A stretch of DNA of 64,000 bases from Octopus bimaculoides (Eukaryota), in the NCBI RefSeq assembly GCF_001194135.2, contig NC_068983.1, positions 54,386,967 to 54,450,966 on the forward strand, given 5' to 3'. Below the pieces are notes generated by a model. That model was not told where the DNA came from and did not search any database. It saw only the letters and a list, made by a program, of their open reading frames with translations. The stretch's first letter is position 1. Every line of letters begins with the position of its first letter. A program made the position numbers and the translations under genes. Below, in pieces: positions 13,641-27,855 of the stretch.

Positions 13641-13852
13641 CTAGTTCTGAAAAGCAGAAAGTACATGACTTGCTAGTTCTGAAAAATAAAGCACATGGCT
13701 TGCTAGATTTGTAAAGAGGAAATCACGTGGTTTTCTAACTCTGTAAAGCAGAGCACACATGTTTTGCTAGTTCTGTAAAGCAGCAAGGAAATGGTTTGTT
13801 AGCTCTGTAAAGCAGAAAGCACATGGCTTGCTAGATCTCTAAAGGAGGAAGG
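13641..13852. repeat. Degenerate minisatellite, about 7 x 30-32 bp
   Basis: Unit CTAGTTCTGTAAAGCAGAAAGCACATGGCTTG. Confidence 0.85.
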
Positions 13853-14132
13853 ATTATAGCAGGGGCAGAAGAGATAGGGGAAGGATACTGAGTGTTAGTG
13901 AGTGAAAGTCTACCAATAATTTTATGCAGCAATGTTTTTGGTGTTGTCTAGAATGTATATAGCAAGCATCTACCATAGATACGTGAGCAGTATTCTTATT
14001 GTGGAATACATATTGTACCTTTAAAGTAATGGTGGCTGTTCAATATTGAAATACTGGTTCTGGAGAAAAGACTCAGTTTTAGCCATGTTTGTGGCCAGCA
14101 TAAGAAACCACCAAAGATTCTGACACATAGTA

Positions 14133-14597
14133 CAGTAATCCCTCGACTATTGCAGGTGTTATGTTCCAAAACCCCCAGCGATAGGTGAAAATCCGCAAAG
14201 TAGAAAGAATACTGTATTGTATATATATTTTTTTATTTTAATAATTTGTATATATTTATCATAAATGCAAAACAACACCACACACTCACCTCCCAAGTTT
14301 CGTTTTCCATACATCTATGGTACACTATGTATTTTCTTTTAATATATTTTAATTAATGTGTTATACAGTGCAGTCCTGTACTGTATTTTTATTTATTAAT
14401 TTATTGATTTTTAGGTGTAAAAATGCTTATTTTACCACAGAAATAATTAAAATCTAAAACAAATATTAATCCTATTGACTGCAGAAACCTGTCATATATT
14501 GAGGAGTCCATGACATAAATTTACATAAATTAGCCAGAAAAATCTGCGATGTACTGAGAGCATGATAGCTGAAGCACGATATGGTGAGTGCTTACTG
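14133..14597. mobile_element. pogo/Tigger-like MITE
   Basis: TA|CAGTAATCCCTCGACTAT... and ...GATATGGTGAGTGCTTACTG|TA termini; same family as 63397-63603. Confidence 0.7.
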
Positions 14598-16565
14598 TAT
14601 TTATACTAAATATGTAATGGTTTTGATTTAGTTAAGCAATTTGGGTCAGGATGGAAAAGACTGGCACAATCAAGACATGATTGGAAGTACATTATGACCA
14701 GTGGTGTCAAACAACATCCGATGGTCTGGTCAACACAGTGATGTAATAGCTTTAGTTGTAAGTTGATTGTGTGCAGTGGCAATACCATAAGAACGTTATA
14801 TGATTATGTTACTGCCTATGAATATCTATGTTGCTATTTCTACTCCTTTTCCTGTTTGTCTTTGTTGTCAGGCTCTGTGTATCTTTTATCAACTCATGGC
14901 AATTTTGCACACAGCATATAGCAGACATCAATATGTGACCAAAACTATCTCAGATCTTCTCGTCAATTACATTTGACATTACTGGATCTTTGATCCTCGT
15001 ACCCTCGCTTAACTCTTGCATGCAATCCTTTTTCATAACACAGGAATATTAATTCAAATGTTTGTCGTGATGGGGGGTTTTTTTTTTTTTTTTTCATTTT
15101 GCTCTTCAAACCCAATATAAATCCAACCTGGGTTTTCATTTAAACTAAAATTCCAATTTAATTTTTCTTTTAAATAAATAAATAAAAATAAAACTCAAAA
15201 TTAATAATAAAAAAAAAAAAAAAAAAAAAAAAAAAANNNNNNNNNNNNNNNNNNNNNNNNNNNNNNNNNNNNNNNNNNNNNNNNNNNNNNNNNNNNNNNN
15301 NNNNNNNNNNNNNNNNNNNNNNNNNNNNNNNNNNNNNNNNNNNNNNNNNNNNNNNNNNNNNNNNNNNNNNNNNNNNNNNNNNNNNNNNNNNNNNNNNNNN
15401 NNNNNTTTTTTCTTAATTGAATTAAAATTTGGGTTTGAATTTTCTTTTCAGCTATCTCTCCCCCCCCCATTACTAAGTTCAGTTTTATGAAAATATTTCA
15501 GTTTTATTGAAAGAGAACATTTCAAATCAAAGAAAATTAAAAACAGAAAAAAAAAAAGAACAAACAAAAAACCCCCAACCTTTAATCAAAATTTTAAAAA
15601 GTGAAATTTGCATATCCAACAGAACATTATTAAATAATTCCTGACAGAACAGTTTTCTGATTTTATCCCAAGATTATGAAATAGTCTTGAAAATCCTTTA
15701 GGAAATTTCCGCAGGTTATTTACAGGAATATGTCAACTTAATCTCACTCATCATGGCTTCTCTTTGCAGGTTTCTTATCAGTCCCTTGCTAAGATTTTTA
15801 AAATATCTATATCTAACGCAATCTTAAGATTTATAAATATCCACGTTTCACAGAAGCACTGAGAGATCTAATAAGTTCTTCAAAAACTCATTATAGTCCT
15901 TTAATTTTATAAAGAAATCCCCCCCCACTCATTGTGAAGATATTTTCAGTAACATGAAAGCATCAATATTTTATCTTTGGGACACATTTTAATATATGAA
16001 AGAGAGAGTATTCTATGTTTAATTATTTGAATCCTTCCTGTAAGAAAGGAGTTGGTTTCTAATAAAGATACAAATCTCTATCATTGAAATTTTGATAACA
16101 AAAGCAATGTCATATTTTGAACTTGAGGAAAGTCTTGCATATTTTTACCGTCCCACTTATTGATTGTATTTATAATATGCATAGTAACTGGTCGATGTTT
16201 TTGATGAAAACTCCAACATTTCTAGACTGTCATTTAGGCATTTACTCACTAAACCAAGTACACCTATTATTATTGGTATAAATGTGAGTGTATATATATA
16301 TACATTTGTATGTGCATATATATGTATGCATATATGTTCTATGCTCTAGGCCACAATCTTACAGCCAGGCAACTGAAAGTTTACATAGGAATACGTTGTT
16401 GCATGTTAAGCTCAAAGACAACACATTTTCTAAATACTTTTTATAAACTCAGGAAAGGCTGGATACCACAGCTACAAATGTCCATTCCAAGTCATGCACC
16501 TCAGTTTTGCCCCAAGGTAGCTGGAATTTTAGAAAGTGAGACATCTTTACAAAGAAAACTTTATA

Positions 16566-16730
16566 GGTGCAGGAGTGGTTGTGTGGTAAGTAGCTTGCTT
16601 ACCAACCACATGGTTCTGGGTTCATTCCCACTGCATGGCACCTTGGGCAAATGTCTTCTGCTATAGTCTCGGACCAACCAAAGCCTTGTGAGTGGATTTG
16701 GTAGACGGAAACTGAAAGAAGCCTGTCATG

Positions 16731-16767
<37 letters not shown>

Positions 16768-17006
16768 GTATGTGTGTGTATATGTTTGTGTGTCTGTGTT
16801 TGCCCCCACCCCACCCCCACATCACTTGACAACTGATGCTGGTGTGTTTACATCCCTGTAATTTAGCGGTTTAGCAAAAGATACTGATAGAATAAGTACT
16901 AGGCTTACAAAGAATGGGTCTTGGGGTTGATTTGCTCAACTAAAGGCAGTGCTCCAGCATGGCTGCAGTCAAATGACTGAAACAAGTAAAAGAGTAAAAG
17001 AGTAAA
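16566..17006 (+). mobile_element. Full-length tRNA/CORE-like SINE (dominant family in the window; probably one of the Octopus OK/OR families)
   Basis: Head GCAGGAGTGG..GTGTGGTAAG...GGGTTCA.TCCC, CORE-like ACCTTGGGCAA, internal (TA)/(TG) microsatellite, tail CCAGCATGGC..CAGTCAAATGACTGAAACAAGTAAAAGAG. The family name is not verified. Confidence 0.85.
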
Positions 17007-17249
17007 GGGTATGTTACTTTTAGCCTGAATATGTATATTATTTTTTGTTTATTTTTCTTTCTAATTTTGGTCATTTTTATGAAGCTTGACTAGAACTAAT
17101 TTCGGAATTACTTGGATGCAACAATTCTGAGTACACCAACATTCCATGACCAACTAAAAATTATCAACATGATCTTAAAACAATTTATTTGAAACCTAGT
17201 AAATTCACATGATTAAAGACTCCCATCAGTCATGAATGATCATGTGGGT

Positions 17250-17647
17250 GCACCTAGAAAGTTCTTCTTCCCGGCACAAGTCTGGGAAAGGTTGTTTGTG
17301 GGAGACCAGCGGTCACCCATGCCTACTAGTCTTTCCTCTTCATGCCACTGATATTGAGCACTCCACAGACACGTGTACCCTTAACGTAGTTCTCGGGGAT
17401 ATTCAGCATGACATAGTGTGACAAGGCTGACCCTTTGAATTACAGGCACAACAGAAACAGGAAGTAATAGTGAGAGAAAGTTGTGGTGAAAGAGTACAGC
17501 AGGATTCGCCACCATCCTCTGTCGGAGCCTTGTGGAGCTTTAGGTGTTTTCGCTCAATAAACACTCACAACGCCCGGTCTAGGAATCGAAACCGTGATCC
17601 TATGACCGCGAGTTCGCTGCCCTAACCACTGGGCTATTACACCTCCT
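17250..17647 (-). mobile_element. tRNA-derived SINE, same head and body as 51358-52016 but a different 3' portion
   Basis: Colinear with the 51.4 kb copy from the head to GAGCACTCCACAGACACGTG, then diverges. Confidence 0.8.
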
Positions 17648-19206
17648 CTACAACCAGTACTTTCACCTAAAACAATGTTTTTTTATGTTGGTTGCACTTT
17701 TGCAACTGTATTTCTGTTGAAAAACACTGCCTTTGGTTTAATTAATTTTAAAAATAACGAAGGATATATCAAAATAACTTTGTCGTTATTAAGCTGGAGT
17801 TTGGAACAAAATTAACATGGAAGTCTGACAGAAGGTTTTAATTTAAAACACATTAACACAGAAAATTTGTGTCATAGGACCAGGGGTGGCCTCAGATGGG
17901 TCGGTATCAAAAGGGTTGATTTAATTACACTCTGAAAGCTAAGTAAGGCGTCTTATGTTTACATCTGTCACTTTTCTGGGTTAAGATAAGTTTGCATCCA
18001 ACTGTTCTATTAATAGCACCGAATAAGCCAGTTCTTCTAATGTTTTGACATTGGGAGACAGCATTAAAAAAAAAAAAAATTCTTAAATGACTGCCTGAAA
18101 TAATTCTAATTTTGGTAAAAGCCCAGCAATTTGAGGAGAGGGTCTGGTTGATTACATCAATTGTAGTACTACTTAACATACTTTATTTTATCAAACCCCT
18201 ACAAAAATGAAAGGCAAAGTTGAACTCAGAATGTAAAAAGTTGGAAGAAATGCAGCTAAGCTTTTTGTCAGATATGCTAACAATTCTGCCAGCATGTCAC
18301 CTTTGATTGCCTGGAGTAATATTTTCCCAAAAGCAGGAAAACTACCAATAACCAATCAATCAATATCTATAGCCTTGGGAAGATATAGATTATAGAATTT
18401 AATTAATTGATTATTTGTAGATCAGCAAATAAGCAGTTATTTTGTTGAGTGGCATAAGCCACCACCTAAACCAAACATTTAATGCATCTAGTTAAACCAC
18501 TTTGATAGTTAAACACCTCTCCACCCACAACCATCAGCATGTAGATCCATCAAGACATTATCACTTTAGAACTGTCGCTATCAAACCCCTTATATTTACT
18601 TACCAACAGAATAGAGGCATCTTTTATAACAGTAGACTTGCTGCCATGAATGTCTTGGTTCTAAACCCTGCTTTACATTATAGAGATATGTGATCTCTAA
18701 GCTAAAACAATAAAAACCAGTCTAAAATGTTGGATACCAATACAAGGGCTTCCAACTGTAAGAATTATACCAATAATCATAACATAAACACCACCACAGT
18801 GCCTGGTTTGTATATGTTTCTGTGGCATGTAAGTGATATGAAAGGCTAAGCTGGTGGAGAAGGAAAAGGGGTAGGCCAAGATGAAAACCTATGGATAGTT
18901 GGTGAGGTGAAGGACCACAATTGGTAATGACACTAAGGATGGCAACAGGTGAAGGAGTGGATACAAAGGACCACAACACATGGCAAGATAAAGAACTGCA
19001 ATATGAGATGAGAACAAGGGACCCCAATAGGGTAAGGGTCAGGACAGTGGACAACAGTGGGTGATGTGAAGGACCACAGAGTGTGGTAAGATACTACAAC
19101 CAGACCAACCAATGTCAGATTAGAAAAACACATATATGATGATGATGATGAATGTAGGTGTTGCTCCTTGTCCCACTTTGTAATGACTATTTCAAACTTG
19201 ATTTAA

Positions 19207-19422
19207 CCCTTCTGATGCCAGCCAACCCAAAACTGTTCCTGTCTCTATGATATAAACTACTTGTTTTAAAGTGATCTAAATTAAAAACTTCCATCAAAAT
19301 TTCATGTTAATCTATGTTCTAAATACCAGCTTCATAACAAAGCTATTTTACACAATTCTTTTTTTTTTAAATTAATTGAAACAAAGTTAGCGTATTTCAA
19401 TAGAAATTTGGTAACAAATGAG
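19207..19422. mobile_element. TTAA-flanked piggyBac-like MITE, family B
   Basis: TTAA|CCCTTCTGAT ... GTAACAAATGAG|TTAA; related copies at 25207-25460, 25478-25685, about 17700-17915 (reverse) and about 10600-10720 (reverse, partial). Confidence 0.65.
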
Positions 19423-20479
19423 TTAAGTTCATGACTTATCGACTTTCTGGAAACAACAATTTGTCCAAAATGAATAAATAAAGACTAAAGGAAATAAATA
19501 AAAATACAGAAAACGAATGTCCCACCACCAGTGGAATGTGGGTGGGGGGTAGGGCTATTCTAGATAATACTTAGAGATTGGATGGTTAATGGCTGGATGG
19601 GGTGTGAGAATGCACAGTAAACTGTTTAATGAGTAGGAAAGACTGTTATCAAAAAGATGGCCAAAACCAGCAGGAATTCTTTCATGATCATTAAGTGATC
19701 TACTGCTCTTGTTAAGAAGGAAATAGTCACAACTCACACTGTGTTATGAATGTTGGCAACATTTACATTGGTGTGATTTTCTCATTAGTTTTCTCTTTGT
19801 TCTCCTATCTAGACAAATCAGAACAGATGTCACAAACAGTTGTAAGATCTTATTTACTATTATTACCACAAGAACAACAGCATTCCTGTAGCATGGTCAT
19901 AGCCAAGAGGCCAAAATAAGCACAAAAATGCAAAAACACTTTTAACATTATTCCGTTTACCCCCCACCCCTCTCTAATCTTACCTTCTCTTTTTCTCTTT
20001 TTTCACACACACACACAAATATATATATACTGCATGCAACCCTCACTTTTATTCTAAACTTTACTAAGTTTCTATAATAGTTTGATATCAATTAATTATA
20101 AGACTGTTGTTGCTGCTGTTATTGATCTTGTTGTTGTATTTAAACTCTACATAGAAATCTAATTAATTACACAAATTAAATTAAATTTTCTGAGGACAAA
20201 TCTAGGAGTGTCTAAAGACTACAAATTCACTTTTTGTTTTTTTGTTGTTTTTGTACATAACAAGGCAGAGAATTAGCAAGAATCACTCAAGTGTAGGACA
20301 AGATACCTTGTAGTATTTGTTCTGGCTCTCTATGATATGAGTTCAAATCCCACTGAAGTCAACCTTGCCTTTCATGCATTTAGGATTGATAAAATAGATT
20401 ACTATTCCAAGGTTGTGGATTGGCAGAACTGTTACAGTGTTAAACAAGATACAATTAAATATTTGTTCTAATTCTTTGC

Positions 20480-20620
20480 ATTCTGTGTTCATAATTGGAG
20501 TGGAGAGTATGCTTTTGGGGTAGTTGTTGCTTAATAGATTGTTACTGAGCTTGATCATTTCTTCGTGGTGGGTATCACGACCGCTACTTATATTCATTGC
20601 TCGATGTTTTAGGCACTGAG
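20480..20620 (-). pseudogene. Penelope-like RT C-terminal (thumb) remnant
   Basis: KHRAMNISSGRDTHHEEMIKLSNNLLSNNYPKSIL resembles the PLE RA..ICS....E...L...L..NGYP motif. Confidence 0.5.
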
Positions 20621-20812
20621 CAATCCCTCTCTTTACACTGTATGGATGGTGGGAATTGAAGTTGAGGTATCAAAATATAAATGAGTGAAACAATGATAGA
20701 ACCTTTGTATAGTCAATTATCCTGCTAAAACAATCAGCTATATCTCCCTCAAATCATAAATCATACCCTGCCATCTTAAAAAGAGATGGATATATTTAAA
20801 TACACTGTGGTC

Positions 20813-20886
<74 letters not shown>

Positions 20887-21489
20887 NNNNNNNNNNNNNN
20901 NNNNNNNNNNNNNNNNNNNNNNNNNNNNNNNNNNNNNNNNNNNNNNNNNNNNNNNNNNNNNNNNNNNNNNNNNNNNNNNNNNNNNNNNNNNNNNNNNNNN
21001 NNNNNNNNNNNNNNNNNNNNNNNNNNNNNNNNNNNNNNNNNNNNNNNNNNNNNNNNNNNNNNNNNNNNNNNNNNNNNNNNNNNNNNNNNNNNNNNNNNNN
21101 NNNNNNNNNNNNNNNNNNNNNNNNNNNNNNNNNNNNNNNNNNNNNNNNNNNNNNNNNNNNNNNNNNNNNNNNNNNNNNNNNNNNNNNNNNNNNNNNNNNN
21201 NNNNNNNNNNNNNNNNNNNNNNNNNNNNNNNNNNNNNNNNNNNNNNNNNNNNNNNNNNNNNNNNNNNNNNNNNNNNNNNNNNNNNNNNNNNNNNNNNNNT
21301 TTATAGATAAAATATATATAAAATATATAGTTTTAGGGAAAATAACCAAGTTTCAAGAACTCATCGATGAAAATCCACTATCACATATAGAAAAATTAAC
21401 AATTAAAAGCACAATAAATGAGTATAATATAAAGCAAAGTAAATATCATAAGATAAATATAATAATATATATATATATACCATTACCAG

Positions 21490-21790
21490 TTCGTTGCCAG
21501 TACTGCTAGACTGGCTCCTGTGCAGGTGGCACATAAAAAAAGCACCATTTCAAGCATGGCTGTTGCCAGTACCTCCTGACTGGCCTTCATGCCGGTGGCA
21601 CGTAAAAGCACCCACTACGCTCTCTGAGTGGTTGGTGTTAGGAAGGGCATCCAGCTGTAGAAACTCTGCCAAATCAGATTGGAGCCTGGTGTAGCCATCT
21701 GGTTCACCAGTCCTCAGTCAAATCATCCAACGCATGCTAGCATGGAAAGCGGACATTAAACAATAATGATGATGATGATGGTGATGATGA
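21490..21790 (+). mobile_element. RTE 3' UTR fragment with (GAT)n tail
   Basis: Same two-module structure and tail as 295-625. Confidence 0.8.
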
Positions 21791-24228
21791 TATAGTTTTT
21801 ATTAATATTTAGCAGAAGCAACAGAGTAACCCAAGGTCCAAGAGTTTCATACGCTCACACTTAGCAGTAAAGATACTCATGTTTTGAGTTCTGCTTTACC
21901 TGTTTGCATTGCTAAACCAAAACCTTTCCATATAGCAATTTCAGGTAGGACTATCAGATTTTGGGGGCAATGAAGTAATTTGAACTTGCTCAGAAAGTAA
22001 AAGAACAAAATGAAATACTGCAAGGTGTTTAGTCCTCCACTCCACTGATTCTACCATTTCTGTAAGATTAGAATTTATTTACCACTCAAGAATACATTGT
22101 GATTGCTGTAATACTAAATTACAGATACATGATCAAGAGGGTGAGTAGTCATCCTCTGTAAATCACAGAACCACTCCGCTTCTGTCTCCATGACAGGTTC
22201 ATGTCAGTAACATACTTGATAAAAAAAAATTTCCTATGCCTAGCAGACCACATAAATCTCATTCTTCTTCCAGTCTATGCAAGCCAAACATTTTTTTCTT
22301 TGTTCACATTTCATTGTCATATGGTCTCTTGACAGATGCACTTTGACAGATGCATTGTGCTGCAATGCATTGAGATAGATTATAACATCACTGCACCACA
22401 TTTCTCTCTCTCTCTCTCTCTTTTCTTTTTTTTTTCTTTTGATAGGCACAAGCATGGCTGTGTGATTAAAAAGTTTGCTTTCTTTATCATATGGTTTCAG
22501 GTAGACAGAAACTGAAAGAAGCCAATGTGGTTCAGTCCCACTGTACCTTCTACTATAGCCCCAAGATGATGCCAACCAATACTTTGAGAGTAAATTTGAT
22601 AGGAGGAAACAGCAGAAACCTCATTATGTATGTGTGTGTGTGTGTGTATGGGGGGGGTGCATGTTCAATGACTGTTGATATTCTTTACTTGTCACCATTT
22701 GAGCAAAATGCTGACTAGTTGCATTGCACTTTTGAAAACCTCTGGGATAAAAAAAAAATTAATTGAAGAAAAAAGTAAGCGTTGGTGACAGGAGGAGCAT
22801 CCAGCCATAAAATCCTACCTCAAATAATTCCTCCCCCATCTGATCCATTCCAGCACAGGAAAGCAAACATTGTATGAATGAGCAAACTAATGAATATGAG
22901 ACAGACAGACAAACAGACAGACAGATAGAGAGAGAGAGAGAGAGAGGAGGAGAGAGAGAGAGAGGGGAGGAGAGAGAGAGAGAGGAGGAGAGAGATGCAC
23001 CAGTGACAGGACTGTTTTTTTTTAAATTTAGAATTCAACAGGTCAGATTAAAAAAAAGTGTGGATTATCCAGCGCATATATAAAAAGTGCTGGAGATAAT
23101 CAGGATTACAAACACATTTAATATTTAGAACCTTTAATGGGTTTCTGAGTGAAATTGTTGTAGAACTGTGATAATAATCAAGTTGAACAAAAAAAAAAAG
23201 TGATGAAAATATTGATGCTTTAACAAATAAATGGAAAGTGACTGAAGCAGTTTTAGTCTGATCTTACTTTGTTAAACTCGCTCAATTCATGATGTAATGG
23301 CTTTAGCTTCAATACAGTTTCAGATCAACTCCTGTACCAAACAAGGGCAATGTAGATAAAACAAATGATCATCTCAGCTTTATTGCATGTATTTTGTTTG
23401 TTAATGAAGTTCTTATTTAATTTGAGTCTAAATTCAAAAATCTCTCTCTCTGTATATGTGTGTGTGTGTATGTGTGTGTGTGTNNNNNNNNNNNNNNNNN
23501 NNNNNNNNNNNNNNNNNNNNNNNNNNNNNNNNNNNNNNNNNNNNNNNNNNNNNNNNNNNNNNNNNNNNNNNNNNNNNNNNNNNNNNNNNNNNNNNNNNNN
23601 NNNNNNNNNNNNNNNNNNNNNNNNNNNNNNNNNNNNNNNNNNNNNNNNNNNNNNNNNNNNNNNNNNNNNNNNNNNNNNNNNNNNNNNNNNNNNNNNNNNN
23701 NNNNNNNNNNNNNNNNNNNNNNNNNNNNNNNNNNNNNNNNNNNNNNNNNNNNNNNNNNNNNNNNNNNNNNNNNNNNNNNNNNNNNNNNNNNNNNNNNNNN
23801 NNNNNNNNNNNNNNNNNNNNNNNNNNNNNNNNNNNNNNNNNNNNNNNNNNNNNNNNNNNNNNNNNNNNNNNNNNNNNNNNNNNNNNNNNNNNNNNNNNNN
23901 NNNNNNNNNNNNNNNNNNNNNNNNNNNNNNNNNNNNNNNNNNNNNNNNNNNNNNNNNNNNNNNNNNNNNNNNNNNNNNNNNNNNNNNNNNNNNNNNNNNN
24001 NNNNNNNNNNNNNNNNNNNNNNNNNNNNNNNNNNNNNNNNNNNNNNNNNNNNNNNNNNNNNNNNNNNNNNNNNNNNNNNNNNNNNNNNNNNNNNNNNNNN
24101 NNNNNNNNNNNNNNNNNNNNNNNNNNNNNNNNNNNNNNNNNNNNNNNNNNNNNNNNNNNNNNNNNNNNNNNNNNNNNNNNNNNNNNNNNNNNNNNNNNNN
24201 NNNNNNNNNNNNNNNNNNNNNNNNNNNN

Positions 24229-24276
<48 letters not shown>

Positions 24277-25206
24277 CAACATCATTATTTTTATGTTCGC
24301 TTTCCATGCTGGCATGGGTTGGACAGGTTGTCAAGGTGTGAGAAATTTATTGGAAGTCTGTTGTATGTATGTATGTATGTATGTAGGTATGTGTGTGTCT
24401 ATGTATGTATGTCTGTGTGTCTATATGTTTGTTTCTCATCATTTGCCAACTGGTGGTGGTTTGTATGCATTCCTGAAACCTAGGGGTCAGGCACAGATTG
24501 ACCAATAAAATTAGTAGGAGACTTACAATAAGTGTTGAAGCCAATTTGATTAAATAATCCCATCAAAGCAGTGCCCCAGCATGGCCACAGTACAATGATT
24601 AAAAAAATAAAAGCATAAAAGGATTAACTCTAAAGAGAGGAAGTGCCTAGAGCCTTTTCAGGCTAACCATAGCTGGAAAGGAGGGATAACAAGACCAGAT
24701 TAATCCAGTTTAGATAGAAAACAAAGTTGGTGTGTCATGTTGAAGAGACAAATAAGTAACCAAATAGCTTTGTCACAAGGAATACAGACATTTAATCCTT
24801 TCATTGCCAACCTACACAACACCAACCTAGCTTTAATGTTACCAACTTACTCATCAAAACCATCTAAAGTAAAGTGTTTATAATAATAATAAAAAAACCT
24901 TAATGTATTACATGAATAACATCGACATTTCTGAAGGTAAACAATATAACTCTAGGCTGTTTGAAAAATAATGTAACAGTAGACAAAAGCGAATAAGGTA
25001 CAGAAAATAAAAATATATATAACAACTATTTCCAAGAAATTCTTTTATTATTTTTCCGAATAAACTAAAACACTCTTTCTTAGGAAAATATAGTTTGTAG
25101 ATGAAGGTTTTAATATTTGATAGTTTTTTAACCCAAGGCTCTTGTTAACCTCATGTAATCTTAAATAGGTTTTAGTCAGCAATAATTCAGGGCTTGGCTA
25201 ACTTAA

Positions 25207-25685
25207 CCCTCTTGATACTAAACCATCTGAAACTGCTCCTGGTTCTATGATATAATCTTGTTTTAAAGTGGTCTAAATTAAATTAAAAACCTTACTCCAA
25301 AATTTCACATTAGTTTAAGCTCCAAGCACTAGCTTAATAACAGCAAAGTTCCAAACACTAGTTTAATGATAACAAATATATTTTACCAAATACTTGCTTA
25401 TTTTCATAGTTAATTGAAGCAAATTCAGTGTATTTCAAAAGAAACATGGTAACAAAATGATTAAATGTAATCATTAACCCTATTAATATCAACCCGTCAG
25501 AGATTGCCTCTGTATCTATAATACAAATTTCCTGTTTAAAATTACATAAATTAAAACTTTGCATTGCTAATTTATGTTCCAAAAACCTTTTTTACAATGA
25601 CAAAGTTATTTCATTAAATTCTTCATTATTTTGAAAACTAAATGAAGCAAAGGCAGCCTATTTCAACAGAAACATGGTAGCATAA
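25207..25685. mobile_element. Two adjacent family-B TTAA MITE copies
   Basis: TTAA|CCCTCTTGATAC at 25203 and TTAA|CCCTATTAAT at 25474; both carry the CATGGTAACAAAA-type 3' end. Confidence 0.6.
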
Positions 25686-25687
25686 GT

Positions 25688-25836
25688 TGGACGATTTGAC
25701 TGAGGCCTGGTGGAACCCGAAGGCTACACCAGGCTCCAATCTGATTTGGCAAAGTTTCTACAGCTGGATGCCCTTCCTAACACCAACCACTCCGAGAGTG
25801 TAGTAGGTGCTTTTACATGTCACCGGCACGAGGGCC
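25688..25836 (-). mobile_element. RTE 3'-end fragment
   Basis: Reverse complement of the GTGGTTGG..TTAGGAAGGGCATCCAGCTGTAGAAACT..GTCAAATCGTCCAAC tail. Confidence 0.75.
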
Positions 25837-26296
25837 GCTAAAAGATTAAATAATTTAATGAAATATTGAAAAAGTACAGAGAAAGCTGCTAGGAATAGGG
25901 AAAACTGTTTGTTCAGTTATGTTTATTTTCACTAAAATTTCATCCACTTTTAAAAATTTATTTTAAGTCTTTTTTTCTTTTTCTTTTGTTTTGTTATAGC
26001 TCATTTCATAGAAAATGCTACTGGACCTCTACAAAACAAAAGACAGGAAGAGTTGCATGACTACAAAGTTCACTCATGACCACATTGTTTCAGGTTCAAT
26101 TCCATTGCATGGCACCTTGAACAAGTGTCTTCTACTATAGCCCTAGTTGGAACAAAGGTAAGTGAATTTGATAGAGAAAAACTGTGTGAAAGCCAGCCCA
26201 TTTGCCTGCAGGTCATTATTGTGTGCGTGTGTGTGTCTGTCTGTCTGTCTTTAAGTTTGTCCCACATTGACAACCTGTGTTAAAAAAATATACGTG

Positions 26297-26373
<77 letters not shown>

Positions 26374-27442
26374 GGTAGGCTTCAGCACTGTCTCTAATTC
26401 ATTTGCAAGTTATTCAAATCAACCTGATACTACAGTAGCTGGTCTCTTAGAGTTAAATCGAACCTGGAACCACTCGGTAGCAAATCAAACTTATTAATCA
26501 CACTGCTATACCTGTGCCAAGTTTATCAACAACTTTCTGGCAACTAGCAATGAAAAACTGTGCCACTGCACTTAAATCTATCTTTGCTATGAATAAAAGA
26601 AAAAAAAAAAAAAAANNNNNNNNNNAAAAAAAAAAAAAAAAAAAAGGAAAAAGAGAAAAAAAGGACAAAAAAAAGTAAAATAAAGTATGTACGTTTACTG
26701 AGTCCTCTTACATGAAAATAAAATCCGACTGAGGTGTTTGTGTATGAACTAATGTACACACAATAGCAATACCATATGATATCGGTAAGTAGATTGACGA
26801 CTTTATATATTGCAATTTATTCAAAGTGAAGATATTAGATATTATTTACAAGAAAAATATATAGATAGATAAAGAGTTACATTGATTCCCCAGAGTATTG
26901 GCGAAAGAAAGAAAGAAAGAGGAAAAAACCGGAAAGAAGTGTAAATATAAAGTTGGTTATTTTAAAGAAGTAAAGCTACTTATGGAACATAAGAGTATGT
27001 GTGTATTTGTATGCATGATTATATATATATATATATTTATGAAATGCATGCATGCAAGTATGTATTTAATCATTTGTACATAAGAATGCACATGTGTATG
27101 TATACACATGCATATATACATACACATAACTTCTAGTAGATATTTATGTGGACAAAAGCAATAAATGTGTCTACATCTATATCTATCTATCTATCTATCT
27201 ATCTTTATACATACATACATATATATGTGTGTGTGTGTGTGTGTATATATATACATATAAATTGCATGCATGCACACACATATATATATAGGGATGTATG
27301 TACATATTTTCTTAAACTATTCTTCATCACATATGTGCTATTTTATTAATAGAGCTTTCACACGTGTATGTACAAGTGTATGTATGTATTTCTGTGTGCG
27401 CATATATATACATATATATATATGCATACATACATATATGTA

Positions 27443-27483
<41 letters not shown>

Positions 27484-27528
27484 GTATATACATGCATATA
27501 TACATATATATACATACGTATACATATA

Positions 27529-27855
27529 GGCGTAGGAGTAGCTGTGCGGTAAGTAGCTTGCTTACTAACCACATGGCTCCGGGTTCAGTCCCACTGTGTG
27601 GCACCTTGGGCAAATGTCTTCTACTATAGCCTCGGGCCGACCAAAGCCTTGTGAGTGGATTTAGTAGACGGAAACTGAAAGAATCCCGTCGTATATATAT
27701 ATATGTATGTATATGTTTGTGTGTCTGTGTTTGTCCCCCCCAACATCGCTTGACAACCGGTATTGTATTTACATGAATAATACATAGTGGGACTGAACCT
27801 GGGACCATGTGGTTGGTATAGCAAGCTACTTACCACACAGCCACTCCTGTGCCTA
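27529..27855. mobile_element. CORE-like SINE (+) followed by an inverted SINE head (-)
   Basis: Heads at 27529-27600 (+) and 27785-27855 (-) are reverse complements of each other. Confidence 0.75.

Noticed and set aside
13641-13852. CRISPR-like periodicity
   Set aside because: Head-to-tail units without unique spacers in a eukaryotic context; it is a minisatellite.
14640-14740. GWKRLAQSRHDWKYIM, RTE-C-terminus-like peptide
   Set aside because: Too short and degenerate to call; noted only as a possible old RTE relic.
15700-16100. Possible highly degenerate LINE RT fragment
   Set aside because: Only vague similarity with many stops; no diagnostic motif could be read.
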